From: a bacterium
Lineage (GTDB): Bacteria > SAR324 > XYD2-FULL-50-16
NCBI GenBank assembly: GCA_032250835.1
Contig: JAVVEA010000009.1
Span: 32,001-96,000 of the forward strand
Direction of reading: 5' to 3'
DNA: 64,000 bases
A program made the translations under genes and the position numbers. The notes below the pieces were generated by a model, which ran no database searches, had not been told where the DNA came from, and was given only the letters and a program-made list of their open reading frames with translations. Of this stretch, positions 18,885-28,037 are shown in pieces; the stretch's first letter is position 1, and every line of letters starts with the position of its first letter.

Positions 18885-19077
18885 TAGACCTATCAATCCC
18901 CAGAAACCTCCCCGACCGATTCCGCCCGGACAGGGCGGGCTGAACACTGGGGAAGTCAAAATAACAGGTATCTCCGTCATAACAGCCCTTGAACTCCGCG
19001 CGCAGGCGCAGATCGGCGGCCTGGGTCGAGGCAGAAGCCAGTAGGAGGAGCAGGAGCAAATAAGGGGTGCGGATCAT
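18874..19077 (-). pseudogene. Truncated thermonuclease (SNase-like) remnant, 67 aa
   Basis: Signal peptide followed by CYDGDTC...RFLGID, then ends abruptly in repeat copy f. Confidence 0.65.
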
Positions 19078-19186
19078 GGGCGGTTTTGCTAAAGCGTTTA
19101 GGTACATACTGCCTGCCCTCCGCCCCTTCGAACAGGACAAAAAAGGGCAACGGGCCGCAATCCTGCAAATTCTACCTGGAGAGCAA

Positions 19187-20071
19187 ATGCCCAAAACCAG
19201 CAGCCTAACCAAAGACATCCCCGAACCCTTCCTACGCCAGCGCCGCAATATGATGCTGATCTCGGTGCTCTTGATTGCCATCGTATTTTATGGCAAGAAC
19301 CCCGATCAAACCGTCAGTCTTTCGGGGCTCACGTTCAAAATGAGTCTTTGCCAGGTCATGCTTTGGGGCTTATTCTTTTTGGTTTATTTCACCTGGCGCG
19401 CCTGGCAGCGGATTGACTTCGCGCTGTTCACCATCACCCCAGAAGACCAAAACGCCGTTCTTAGGGGCTTGGTAAATGCGGGATTTGCTTGTCATCCAAA
19501 CACCAATCTAAATGAAGTCTCTGTGGAACGCTATTCTTTGGACCGCAGCCGGGTTTCTTTTATGGCTAAAGTCGGAGAAAACGGCTTGCGGCAAGATTGC
19601 ATGATTTCTACTCATCAAGACAAGGCCGAGATTAACAATAAATTGCGCACCTTTTGTAGAAGAACTGCAAAGGGCACCCGCTTGGCTGCAAAATGCCCCG
19701 AATTAGCTGACGTAAGCGAGTTCTGGGGGCTCATTTTGTCCGAGGAGAGGGATTCACCCAATGCCATAATTCGAAACGACATTGCCCCAAAGCTCGAAGT
19801 TTTCGACTTGATGCGCAAGACGCCCAGGACCAAACAATTCTGGAAGCACCCATATTTTTCCGATTTTCACCTGCCTTTTATTTTGGCCTGGTTCGCTATG
19901 GGCCTTACGTTGGGTAAGCTCCTTCTTTTGGCTACCGACTGCAACTGGTTTTGGACGCTGACCACTGGCGGTTTTTTGGTGATGGCTTCAGTGGTTGCGG
20001 CTGTTCTGTTGCTGATCCGATCGGAAATCTGGTGGCAGTACACCATTTTCAAGGAATCAGCGCCCAAATAG
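19187..20071 (+). CDS. Hypothetical membrane protein (2 N-terminal and 2 C-terminal TM segments)
   Basis: GGAGA RBS before ATG 19187; hydrophobic segments flank a soluble domain; no family recognised. Confidence 0.65.
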   Translation: MPKTSSLTKDIPEPFLRQRRNMMLISVLLIAIVFYGKNPDQTVSLSGLTFKMSLCQVMLWGLFFLVYFTWRAWQRIDFALFTITPEDQNAVLRGLVNAGFACHPNTNLNEVSVERYSLDRSRVSFMAKVGENGLRQDCMISTHQDKAEINNKLRTFCRRTAKGTRLAAKCPELADVSEFWGLILSEERDSPNAIIRNDIAPKLEVFDLMRKTPRTKQFWKHPYFSDFHLPFILAWFAMGLTLGKLLLLATDCNWFWTLTTGGFLVMASVVAAVLLLIRSEIWWQYTIFKESAPK

Positions 20072-20144
20072 ATTTCGTATTTTCTTCGACAAGGTGGTTA
20101 ACCGGCGCATTGCCCTTCAAGCCTCAACTTGAACAAGCCTCAGC

Positions 20145-20266
20145 CCCCCTCAATGCACCGTACACTGCATACAAGGATCAAAGCTGCGGACCACCATCCA
20201 GAGTTCGGGGGCCGGTTGGTCGCCGCTGTATTTTAGGCCCTCTAAGGGCATTTCGCAGGGGCCGGG
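20145..20266 (-). repeat. 122-bp diverged duplicate of the sensory hydrogenase large-subunit 3' end
   Basis: Aligns ungapped to 21578-21699 with 7 mismatches by manual count. Confidence 0.95.
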
Positions 20267-20298
20267 AGGCCAGATTGCCCACCGGTCCAACCAAGCCT

Positions 20299-20697
20299 TC
20301 ACGCCCCCACCTCGTACTCCAGCGCCGCCTTGGCCAAAAACTCTGAGCGGTTGAGGCCTTGCTTCTTGGCCTTTTCGTCGATCTGTTCCAGCTGGTTGCT
20401 GGGCAGACTGATATTGACCCGAACGGTCTTGCTGTATCCGGCCACCAGCTTGGGGTTGACCGGCACCGGCACCAAGTGTTGGCCCGCCTCCAGCCCCTTG
20501 CGGACCTGAGCGAAGGTGGAGGGCTCGGGCACGTCCTTTTCGTCGGCCAGCCAATGGGCCAGCGCGTCTTCGGCCATTTCGACCGCTTCTTCCCAGGTTT
20601 CGCCGTAAGAGATACAGCCCGGCAAGTCGGCGAAGGTGACCGTGAACCCGCCCTCGGGTTCTTCGGTGAAGGTTGCCAGGTAGTGTAATGATTTCAT
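20299..20697 (-). CDS. hicB: HicB family antitoxin with C-terminal RHH
   Basis: GGFTVTFADLPGCISYGETWEEAVEMAEDAL; RVNISLP...ID...NRSEFL. Confidence 0.93.
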   Translation of the reverse strand: MKSLHYLATFTEEPEGGFTVTFADLPGCISYGETWEEAVEMAEDALAHWLADEKDVPEPSTFAQVRKGLEAGQHLVPVPVNPKLVAGYSKTVRVNISLPSNQLEQIDEKAKKQGLNRSEFLAKAALEYEVGA

Positions 20698-20752
20698 CCT
20701 TTCCCTATCTTTCAGGAGGTTTATAGTGACCTCTCAGCCACTTTTTCGGGGC

Positions 20753-20929
20753 TTACTTGAGACCCGCTGCCTTGAGAATGCTGTTTGCCGTCCCTATGGG
20801 GACGTCCCCTTTGTGCCGGGGGACGGTGATGGGCCGCTCACCTTCCTTAATCCACTTGGTATGCTTCGAACCCTCGTCCTTAGCCCATCCGGCTTGTTTC
20901 AGCATTTTTTCGATCTCTTTGACTTTCAT
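20753..20929 (-). CDS. hicA: HicA family toxin, 58 aa (absent from ORF track)
   Basis: Manual translation MKVKEIEKMLKQAGWAKDEGSKHTKWIKEGERPITVPRHKGDVPIGTANSILKAAGLK, upstream of hicB. Confidence 0.92.
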   Translation of the reverse strand: MKVKEIEKMLKQAGWAKDEGSKHTKWIKEGERPITVPRHKGDVPIGTANSILKAAGLK

Positions 20930-20962
20930 TTGTGTCTTAGTAGCTGTTTAGAATATGCACTA

Positions 20963-21005
20963 ATCATACACACAATACACACCAAATATCAAGAAGAATA
21001 CACAC
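20963..21005 (-). promoter_or_regulatory. hicAB promoter with three ATACACAC boxes
   Basis: Minus strand TTGATA-N18-TATGAT; ATACACAC at 20966, 20975 and 20998. Confidence 0.65.
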
Positions 21006-21058
21006 TCACCACCGATTGCCCAGAATGGAGAACCTATGCATTCTGTTTGGACCCTTTT

Positions 21059-21153
21059 AAATCAGGTGGCAGCATACCTATTTAAATAATCAGAGAAATC
21101 CGGGGACAGTAACCTATTTTTCGCCAAAAAATAAGGGGCCAGTATACTTTCTC
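21059..21153 (+). repeat. Three tandem copies (g,h,i) of the dispersed motif
   Basis: AAATCAGGTGGCAGCATACCTATTT (21059), AAATCCGGGGACAGTAACCTATTT (21096), AAATAAGGGGCCAGTATACTTTCTC (21129). Confidence 0.75.
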
Positions 21154-21181
21154 TGAGCCCGGAAGAAAAGGGCTTTAGGTT

Positions 21182-21552
21182 CCCTCTTGCGAGCGGCTTA
21201 GAGCCCCTAGCCAAGCGTAGCGGCCAAAATGCCACCTGTTCGAGCTTCGAGCGAAGCGAGGGCGAGTTTGGCATTTTAGCGGAGCGAGGCGTAGGGGGTC
21301 TTAGCCGCGAAGGTCGAGGGCTCGTTTCTTTGTTACTTTTCTTTGCGAGCCAAAGAAAGTAATCCCATCTCTTTAAACCTCCCAGTGGCTTTGTGCCTCC
21401 AAGAAGCCTGAAAAGAAGGGATGTTGGCTTCGCCAACGGTTTAGGCTGCGCAACACTCGCAGTGCTCGCGTTGTCACACACGTCGCCCTCAGCCTGCGGC
21501 CTCGAAGCTCCTTAGTGGGGCCGATGGCCCCTGGACCCCGCTTATTTTTTTT
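21182..21552. repeat. Composite structured non-coding element A
   Basis: Nested inverted repeats at 21182-21362; modules 21422-21509 and 21518-21540 are shared with 41489-41609. Confidence 0.7.
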
Positions 21553-21582
21553 CAACGGGATCAAAAGACGCTCAAGGCCCCC

Positions 21583-23028
21583 TCAATGCACCGTACACTG
21601 CATACAAGGGTCAAAGCTGCGGACCACCATCCAGAGTTCCGGGGCCGGTTGGTTGCCGGTGTATTTTAAGCCCTCCAAGGCCATTTCGCAGGGGCCGGGC
21701 TGGCCTATGGCGTCGCGGGGGGAGAAGTTCCAGCTGGTGGGGGCGACGATCTGGTAGCGGGTGAGTTTGCCTTCTTGGATTTCAATAAAGTGGCCTAGGC
21801 TGCCCCGCGCCGCCTCGACCAAGCCCTGGGCGGCACCGTTTTTAAAGGGATGCTCGCCGGGGGCGTAAAAGGGTTGGTTGAGGTCTAGTTGTTCTAGCCA
21901 TTGTTTCATCGCCCCAGTCAGCCGGGCGACCTCGATCCAGCGGGCCAAGACGCGGCTCAAGACGCTTTGGCCCCAGGTCTGGTAGGCGCTTAAAGCCAGC
22001 GGTTGCCCGTCGATCACTTGGCGGGATAAGGAGCCTACCGAAACGGGCTGGCCGCCGTAGCGGACCGCTTTGTTGTAGCTATACCGCCCCTCGCCCTCGC
22101 CGCCCAGTTGGGTAACGCCTTGGCTGGGGTGCAGCGGTTCGGTGGGGCCCTCAAGCCAAGAGGAAGCCAGGTCTTCGGTGATTTGGTCTACCTTAAGGGG
22201 CCCTAAGCCCTGTTGGTAAAAGCCGGGCGCAAATCCGCCCCAGTCCTTGCCGCCATAGGCCCCGAAGCTCATCATGGCCGTGTCGGTAGGCCCCAGCCTT
22301 TCCCAGCCCTCTGCTAAAGCAATATTCAGCCAAAAGCCCAGGTCTGATTCCCGGTGGTCTTGAACCCACTGGGTCAATTCGCCGCAGTCCTTCAACGCCA
22401 AAAATTCGGCCAGCGGCCCGCCATAGGTGCGTTGTTCTAAAAACCGCACCACCCGGCCTAAGCGGTCCAAAAATTCCGCCCGTTCGCTCAGGCTGGTTAC
22501 CTTGGCAATCCCGCCGGGCAACATAGAAATGCTGTGCGGCCATTTGCCCGCCAAGGGGCTGAGCATGCCCAAGATGGTGGCGCGGGTGTCTAGTGCTTCA
22601 AGCCAGGGGTGGCTTTGAGGGGCGAAGCGGGCGGTGGCCGCCTTATACCAGGGCTTTTGGGCAAAGGCCTGGGCCCCCAACTCGGGCCAAAAATAGAGGT
22701 AGCCGTGGGCGAAGAGGTCCGAGAGGTTTTCGGCGGCCTGCATCAAATGAAAGACCAACTGGGCGTTGCGGGGCGTCTCGACCCCGGCGGCTTGGGCTAG
22801 CGCGTTGCGCGCGGCGACGGACTGGGAGACCGAACAGATGCCGCAAACGCGCGGCGCAATGGCCAGGGCGTCTTGGGCGTCGCGCCCGACCAACATATTC
22901 TCAAATCCCCGGAACATAGGCGCGGTGATATAGGCCGCCTGGACTTGGTTTCCTTGGCGCTCCAGCCGGATTTCTAAGTCCCCTTCGATGCGCGAAAAGG
23001 GGCCCAATAGGGTTTGTTTGCCCGTCAT
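21583..23028 (-). CDS. hupV: Group 2b H2-sensing hydrogenase large subunit HupV/HoxC
   Basis: GPFSRIEGDLE, PRVCGICSVSQ, ends at DPCMQCTVH with no cleavable tail. Confidence 0.95.
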   Translation of the reverse strand: MTGKQTLLGPFSRIEGDLEIRLERQGNQVQAAYITAPMFRGFENMLVGRDAQDALAIAPRVCGICSVSQSVAARNALAQAAGVETPRNAQLVFHLMQAAENLSDLFAHGYLYFWPELGAQAFAQKPWYKAATARFAPQSHPWLEALDTRATILGMLSPLAGKWPHSISMLPGGIAKVTSLSERAEFLDRLGRVVRFLEQRTYGGPLAEFLALKDCGELTQWVQDHRESDLGFWLNIALAEGWERLGPTDTAMMSFGAYGGKDWGGFAPGFYQQGLGPLKVDQITEDLASSWLEGPTEPLHPSQGVTQLGGEGEGRYSYNKAVRYGGQPVSVGSLSRQVIDGQPLALSAYQTWGQSVLSRVLARWIEVARLTGAMKQWLEQLDLNQPFYAPGEHPFKNGAAQGLVEAARGSLGHFIEIQEGKLTRYQIVAPTSWNFSPRDAIGQPGPCEMALEGLKYTGNQPAPELWMVVRSFDPCMQCTVH

Positions 23029-24002
23029 TTGGTGGGTTTTTTAGGTTGGTTGGGAGGCACGCGGATGAAGGGGGAATTGGCGTTGGTCCGCACCCGCTCT
23101 GGCGTTGCCGCCTTGGACAAGGCCGAAAGGGCGACAAACCAAGCCTTGGGCATGTCGGTGGGCAAGGTGCTGGGCAGGCCCGCGACCTTGGCGGTCTCTA
23201 AAAAAGGATGGCCAGGCTGTTGGAACCCCGGCGCGGTGCAGTCGATGCAGGAATATCCTCCGCGCAGGCAGGAACCCCCGCCGGGCCAAAGCCGGATGTT
23301 GCAGTCGCCCCGTGCCTGGGTCCCTTTACAGCCGAAGTTTTCCATCAAACAGCCCATACAGTTCGCCTCACCGGCGCTGGACTTATATTCGTAATACTCG
23401 TTGCGCGGGCAGCCGTGGTGGACCAAGTGGTTGGTGTAAAAGTTGAGCCGGTTGAACTCGTCTAAGACCAACTCCCCGTTGACCAAAAAGCTCATGCAGT
23501 CGGCAAACCAGCCTGCATGGATGGCGCAGCCCGCCAGATTGATCACCGGGCGGCCCGACCGGCTGCGGTACTTAGCCCCCAAAAAGCCGCCCAAATGTTT
23601 GTTGTCATATTGCAACCCCATGGCCCCGGCGGGGTTCGGGCCCACCGCGCTCATGCCGCCGAAGGCGGTGCAGCTGCCGATGGCCAGTAGGTTGCCCGCC
23701 ACTTGGGACAACTCACCGATCAAGTCGCTCATCATGCCGGGCCGCCCCGAGAGCCGGTGGGCCGCCCCGCCGTTGGCGGTCAGGACCGAGCCTTCAATGC
23801 ACAAATAATCCAGCGGCTCGCGCCCGGCTAAAAAGCCGTCCACTATTGCCCAAAAGTCCGGGCCTGAAGGGACGCTACAGGCCGGGTGCCAGACCATTTC
23901 CACGCCCAAGCGCTGCAAGCGGGGCATCAGGTCGGGCTGTAACAAGAGGGATTGGCTACAGCCGCCGCAACCGCCGGACTGAATCCACAATAATTTACTC
24001 AT
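23025..24002 (-). CDS. hupU: Group 2b H2-sensing hydrogenase small subunit HupU/HoxB
   Basis: LWIQSGGCGGCS, no Tat signal, HHGCPRNEYYEYK, C-terminal LPTDMPKAWFVALSALSKAATP. Confidence 0.95.
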   Translation of the reverse strand: MSKLLWIQSGGCGGCSQSLLLQPDLMPRLQRLGVEMVWHPACSVPSGPDFWAIVDGFLAGREPLDYLCIEGSVLTANGGAAHRLSGRPGMMSDLIGELSQVAGNLLAIGSCTAFGGMSAVGPNPAGAMGLQYDNKHLGGFLGAKYRSRSGRPVINLAGCAIHAGWFADCMSFLVNGELVLDEFNRLNFYTNHLVHHGCPRNEYYEYKSSAGEANCMGCLMENFGCKGTQARGDCNIRLWPGGGSCLRGGYSCIDCTAPGFQQPGHPFLETAKVAGLPSTLPTDMPKAWFVALSALSKAATPERVRTNANSPFIRVPPNQPKKPTK

Positions 24003-25320
24003 GGCGCGGCTTGAGCGGGAGGGTGAAGGTAAATTGGGCTCCCTCGGCGTGGTTGGCCGCCTTGAGCGTGCCGCCTAGTTTTTCGATGATGCCAAAGCTA
24101 ACCGAAAGGCCCAGGCCGGTCCCCTCGCCGATGGGCTTGGTGGTAAAAAAGGGTTCCCAAATCTTGTCTAGGTTCTGGGGCGTGATGCCGCTGCCCCAAT
24201 CTTTAAAACAGACCCAGGCCCTATTCCCCTTGGTTCCGGCGGTCAATTCCAGTTGGGGCGTCGGGTTTTCGGCCATGGCGTCCATGGCATTTTGCAGCAG
24301 GTTGACGATCACTTGGCTGATCTCGCCCGCCGGGGCCTGGACCAGTAAACTTTCGGGCATTTGGTCGATTACCTGGGGCGCAACCTTGCCCTTGATCCAG
24401 CCCAAGGCCGTCCGTACCGCTTTGCAGAGATCAAATTCAATGCTCTGGCGGGTTTGGGTGGACGAAAACTGCTTGAGCCCGGCGATGATGTCTTGCAACC
24501 GCACCGCCCCTTCCATGCTGCCTTCGACCAGCGGGTTGATGTCGGCTAAGATCTTGACGATATGCAGGTCCTTTCGAGCCGCATCCAGCTGGGCGGGGCT
24601 TTGTTCCTGCTCTAGGCGGCCAATGTATTGGCCGATCTGGCCCAGATAGTCTTGCAGGATAAAGAGGTTGCTGAACAAGAAGCTGAAGGGGTTGTTCATC
24701 TCATGGGCCACCCCGGCGACCAACCGGCCCAGGCTGGCCATCTTCTCGGCGTGGATCAGTTGTTCCTGGGTTTGCATCAACTCCTGGTGGGCCTGTTCTA
24801 ATTCCTTATAGGCCCGCTGCAATTCGCCGATGGGCCGCCCGATCAGCACCAACCCAGCGTAGGCCCCGTCGTTGTCAAAACGCGGCGAGCTGTTGACGCT
24901 GAGCCGCAACAATTCCTGGTCCACCAGTAAATCCATTTCTAGGTCTTGGCAGGGAATGCGCCCGTTGGTCATCAACTGCCGCAGCTTCTTTTGCTCCTGC
25001 GGCGCGAAGCAGGCCTCTAAAGATTGGCCCAGAAGGGATTTGGGGTCCAAGTGGGCGATGCGTTCAAAGAACTGGTTGACCTTGATCACCCTGCCTTCGG
25101 CGCTGGTGACGATGAGCAGGTCGCTCATGTCGCGCTGGATGTTGTCTAAAAAATCGTTGGCTTTGCGCAGCTCTAGGTTGGACTCTTCTAGCTCCACCTG
25201 GGTCTTGACCAGCTCGGCGTAGGCCTGATCGATCTGGTGGATCACCTCGATCCAGACCGATTCCTGCTCGGGCATCAGGTCCAGTTTATCCAAATCTTTG
25301 GTCTGCTGCGGGGTCGTCAT
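23995..25320 (-). CDS. hupT: PAS histidine kinase HupT/HoxJ
   Basis: WIEVI, PAS domain, EKMASLGRLVAGVAHEMNNP, HATPase; adjacent to hupUV; start uncertain. Confidence 0.92.
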   Translation of the reverse strand: MTTPQQTKDLDKLDLMPEQESVWIEVIHQIDQAYAELVKTQVELEESNLELRKANDFLDNIQRDMSDLLIVTSAEGRVIKVNQFFERIAHLDPKSLLGQSLEACFAPQEQKKLRQLMTNGRIPCQDLEMDLLVDQELLRLSVNSSPRFDNDGAYAGLVLIGRPIGELQRAYKELEQAHQELMQTQEQLIHAEKMASLGRLVAGVAHEMNNPFSFLFSNLFILQDYLGQIGQYIGRLEQEQSPAQLDAARKDLHIVKILADINPLVEGSMEGAVRLQDIIAGLKQFSSTQTRQSIEFDLCKAVRTALGWIKGKVAPQVIDQMPESLLVQAPAGEISQVIVNLLQNAMDAMAENPTPQLELTAGTKGNRAWVCFKDWGSGITPQNLDKIWEPFFTTKPIGEGTGLGLSVSFGIIEKLGGTLKAANHAEGAQFTFTLPLKPRHE

Positions 25321-25557
25321 GTACCGCCTGGGTAGGGAGCAAAGCAAGGGGGCACTAAGGCCCAAAAGATGCTGGGCTTATTTTACCGCTTGGGCCCGGC
25401 GGGTCAACCTATTTGTGGGTTGTTGCAGAGCCTCGAAGAATAAAAGGCGCTCTGTGTTTTGGCCGTTTTTAGGCCGAATGATTTCTGTTCAAGTAGGAAA
25501 ATTGTGATGATACTAATGCGTAGTTGTTGGGATAACACCTCTGTTTTGAAAGTAGAT

Positions 25558-25878
25558 TTGAGATCCGCGATATTTTTTAAAGTGCGGTTGTTTGTGGCCC
25601 TCATGTTGATTGTCATGTTATTGAGCGGTTGCAAAGATTCCGCTGGCGATACCACCGCTCCCGACGGCACGGGCACCGATACTGCCACCACTACCGATAC
25701 CGGTACGACCACGACCACCGGCGATAGCGCAGCTGACACGACCACGACCACCGGCGATAGCGCAGCTGACACGACCACGACGACCAGCGATAGCACCACC
25801 TCAACTTCCACTACAGCCGCCCCGTCGAGCCTTTATGGTGCGGCTGTTTATGGAACCTCATTTTATGTAGCAAGATGA
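25558..25878 (+). CDS. Small lipoprotein with Thr/Asp-rich linker and aromatic C-terminal motif
   Basis: Lipobox LLSGC, TTTTTGDSAAD repeats, C-terminus YGAAVYGTSFY; start uncertain (25558 or 25582). Confidence 0.7.
   Translation: MRSAIFFKVRLFVALMLIVMLLSGCKDSAGDTTAPDGTGTDTATTTDTGTTTTTGDSAADTTTTTGDSAADTTTTTSDSTTSTSTTAAPSSLYGAAVYGTSFYVAR
25705..25794 (+). repeat. 33-bp coding tandem repeat (2 exact plus 1 partial copy)
   Basis: ACGACCACGACCACCGGCGATAGCGCAGCTGAC at 25705 and 25738, partial at 25771. Confidence 0.9.
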
Positions 25879-26435
25879 TGAAACCGTTTATAAGTTTCTT
25901 GGCCCTTTTTGGGCTACTTTTGGCCAACCTTCAAGCAGCGGTACCCCATACTTTAAGTAATGGCCAGAAGGTCGATGCGACGCAGTTAAACGAAAACTTT
26001 GCCGCCAACGCCAAACGGTGGGTTTTTAAAAACAATGGGGTTCTGTTAGGCGATGTGATCGCTAACGGTGATTTTGTCAGTTCCCAGGGGTATATCGGGA
26101 AGATTCAGCGCGATTCAAATTATACTGGCCAGCCAGGAGGAAATAAATTTTCTATTTTCTTCAGTTCCACTGATTGTTCGGGAACCAAGTACAACTACAC
26201 AGGTTACGCTGGCTGGGTAGTCCTAGGATCTGATGGGACTTCTTATTACCTAAAATGGAACGATCAAGTCACGGGGCTGGCCTATAAAAGCTCCAGGGTG
26301 TTGGATGGGTCTTGTACTTCACTGCCTGGAAACACCACCATTTATTTTATGCAGCCCATGTATATTAATGACGTTACCGTCACCGGCGTACCTAATTACC
26401 CCCTCTCGGGCCCCATCACGCTAGTCAAAGAATAA
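25875..26435 (+). CDS. Secreted beta-rich protein with fibre-like N-terminal motif
   Basis: Signal peptide then VPHTLSNGQKVDATQLNENF; two Cys; ATGA overlap with the lipoprotein gene. Confidence 0.7.
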   Translation: MMKPFISFLALFGLLLANLQAAVPHTLSNGQKVDATQLNENFAANAKRWVFKNNGVLLGDVIANGDFVSSQGYIGKIQRDSNYTGQPGGNKFSIFFSSTDCSGTKYNYTGYAGWVVLGSDGTSYYLKWNDQVTGLAYKSSRVLDGSCTSLPGNTTIYFMQPMYINDVTVTGVPNYPLSGPITLVKE

Positions 26436-26439
26436 CGCC

Positions 26440-26649
26440 TCAGTCTTGCACTTCCTTGATTTTGACGAAGTCGGTCAGGTCGCCATGGTACTTGATGCCG
26501 CCCTGGCCGCGGAACTTGGTGGTCTGGCCACAATGGGGGCAGACTGCCTCGTAAAATACGTTGGCGTAAAGCAAGCCGCCGTGCTGGATATCAAAGGTTT
26601 TGGCGCATTCAGGCTGGGCGCATTTTAGTTCCGAAACCAAAGCCGACAT
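26440..26649 (-). CDS. Small zinc-ribbon-like protein
   Basis: CAQPEC...CPHC; GGAGA RBS. Confidence 0.65.
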   Translation of the reverse strand: MSALVSELKCAQPECAKTFDIQHGGLLYANVFYEAVCPHCGQTTKFRGQGGIKYHGDLTDFVKIKEVQD

Positions 26650-26885
26650 AACAAGTCTCCAATTGGGTTGATGGGGCGATTTAAACGCTGCATTACTTTA
26701 TCTTAATATTACCGGTTCCGCTAGTCCGGCAGTTGATTAAAGCCCAGGATTCCCCAGGGGATTGTGGCCACGCCGGTTCATCTTTTCGCGGCTTTGCATC
26801 TACCCAAGGGGCTGATTCTGTGGCAACCTGTGGCCAAAGCAAAGGTTTAAATCGGGGCGCAATCCAACATTTGGGGCGGTAATCA

Positions 26886-28037
26886 ATGGCACCACAGGGT
26901 AAGAAAACACAGAACCAAAGCCTGATCCTACAGGTCTTCACCCAAGCCGGGTGGCAGGGGGTTTTGATCTTGGTGGTGGGCCTAAGCGCCCGCGCTTGGC
27001 CCGACGCCTTTTGGCCCATTTTGGTGTTGGCCTTAGCGCTGGGCCTGTTGGGTGGCTATCTGCAATGGAAACGCCTGCAAATCGCCCTAGGCACCGATCC
27101 GGCCCACCTAGGCGAGATCACCACCAAAATGTCCGAAGGGAACTTAGCCGCGAGCTTTGGCCTAAAAAAGGGCGCTAAACCCACCGGCCTGGTGGCCAAT
27201 TTATTGACCATCCGCAACACCTTTAAAGACGGAATCAAGGGGGTCTTGAAGGGAGCCCAGGAAGTGAGCCAGCAGGCCGACGAACTAGGGCACGGCATCG
27301 GGCGGATCGAAGCGGGGGCCGTGGCGGTGGAGCGCTCCTTGGCCCAGTCGGTTTCAAAGTTGGGCCAGATGGAGCAGGCCAGCCAAAGTGCCTTGGCCCA
27401 AGCCGAACAGTTGATGCAACGGGTGCGCGATACCCAAGGCTTGATGAACCAAGCCAAGCGCCACGCCGAAGAAGGAAGCGAGATCATGGGCCGCACCGGG
27501 GCCTCGGTACAGTCAATCGCCCAGGGAATGGAGCAGGTCACCCAGTTTATCGCCCGGATCAAACAGATCAGCAACCAAACCAACCTACTCAGCCTCAACG
27601 CCGCCATCGAAGCCGCCAAAGCCGGCGAGCAGGGCAAGGGCTTTGGGGTCGTCGCCGATTCGGTCAAGTCACTAGCCAACCAAAGCGCCCAGGTAACCGA
27701 ACAGATCGAAGCCGTAATCGAGCGCAACCAGCGCGAGGTGGAACAAGGCGTCGCGATCATCAACGAACAGACCGAAACCTTCCGCCGGATCGTTGAACAG
27801 GTAATCGCCGCCAGTGCCCAGATGGACGCGACCACCCAGCAATCCTCTAGCCTAACCCAAGGCATCGCCGAGGTCCAAAAGCAGTCCGTTGCTTTAGCGG
27901 CTCAGTCGGGCGAAAACCAAGCCGCCTTGGCAGAATTGCGCCATCAGGTAGATATAGGCGAGCGAGCCTGCGGCAACTTAGAGCAATTGGCCCGGGACTT
28001 AGTTCAGGGGTTTTCTCGTTTTAAGCTGGATCGGTAA
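26886..28037 (+). CDS. Methyl-accepting chemotaxis protein
   Basis: Two TM helices, [27 protein letters not shown] hairpin tip. Confidence 0.92.
   Translation: MAPQGKKTQNQSLILQVFTQAGWQGVLILVVGLSARAWPDAFWPILVLALALGLLGGYLQWKRLQIALGTDPAHLGEITTKMSEGNLAASFGLKKGAKPTGLVANLLTIRNTFKDGIKGVLKGAQEVSQQADELGHGIGRIEAGAVAVERSLAQSVSKLGQMEQASQSALAQAEQLMQRVRDTQGLMNQAKRHAEEGSEIMGRTGASVQSIAQGMEQVTQFIARIKQISNQTNLLSLNAAIEAAKAGEQGKGFGVVADSVKSLANQSAQVTEQIEAVIERNQREVEQGVAIINEQTETFRRIVEQVIAASAQMDATTQQSSSLTQGIAEVQKQSVALAAQSGENQAALAELRHQVDIGERACGNLEQLARDLVQGFSRFKLDR

Noticed and set aside
20726-21085. Plus-strand ORFs 20726-21085 and 20757-20951
   Set aside because: Antisense shadows of hicA and its promoter.
21059-21153. 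Mini CRISPR array
   Set aside because: Repeats are degenerate, spacers are only about 9-12 bp and no cas genes are present.
21062-21564. ORFs 21062-21481 and 21373-21564
   Set aside because: They overlie palindromic non-coding elements and have no RBS or protein-like motifs.
20145-21699. Diversity-generating retroelement TR/VR pair
   Set aside because: The 7 mismatches are not adenine-specific on either strand and there is no reverse transcriptase in the window.
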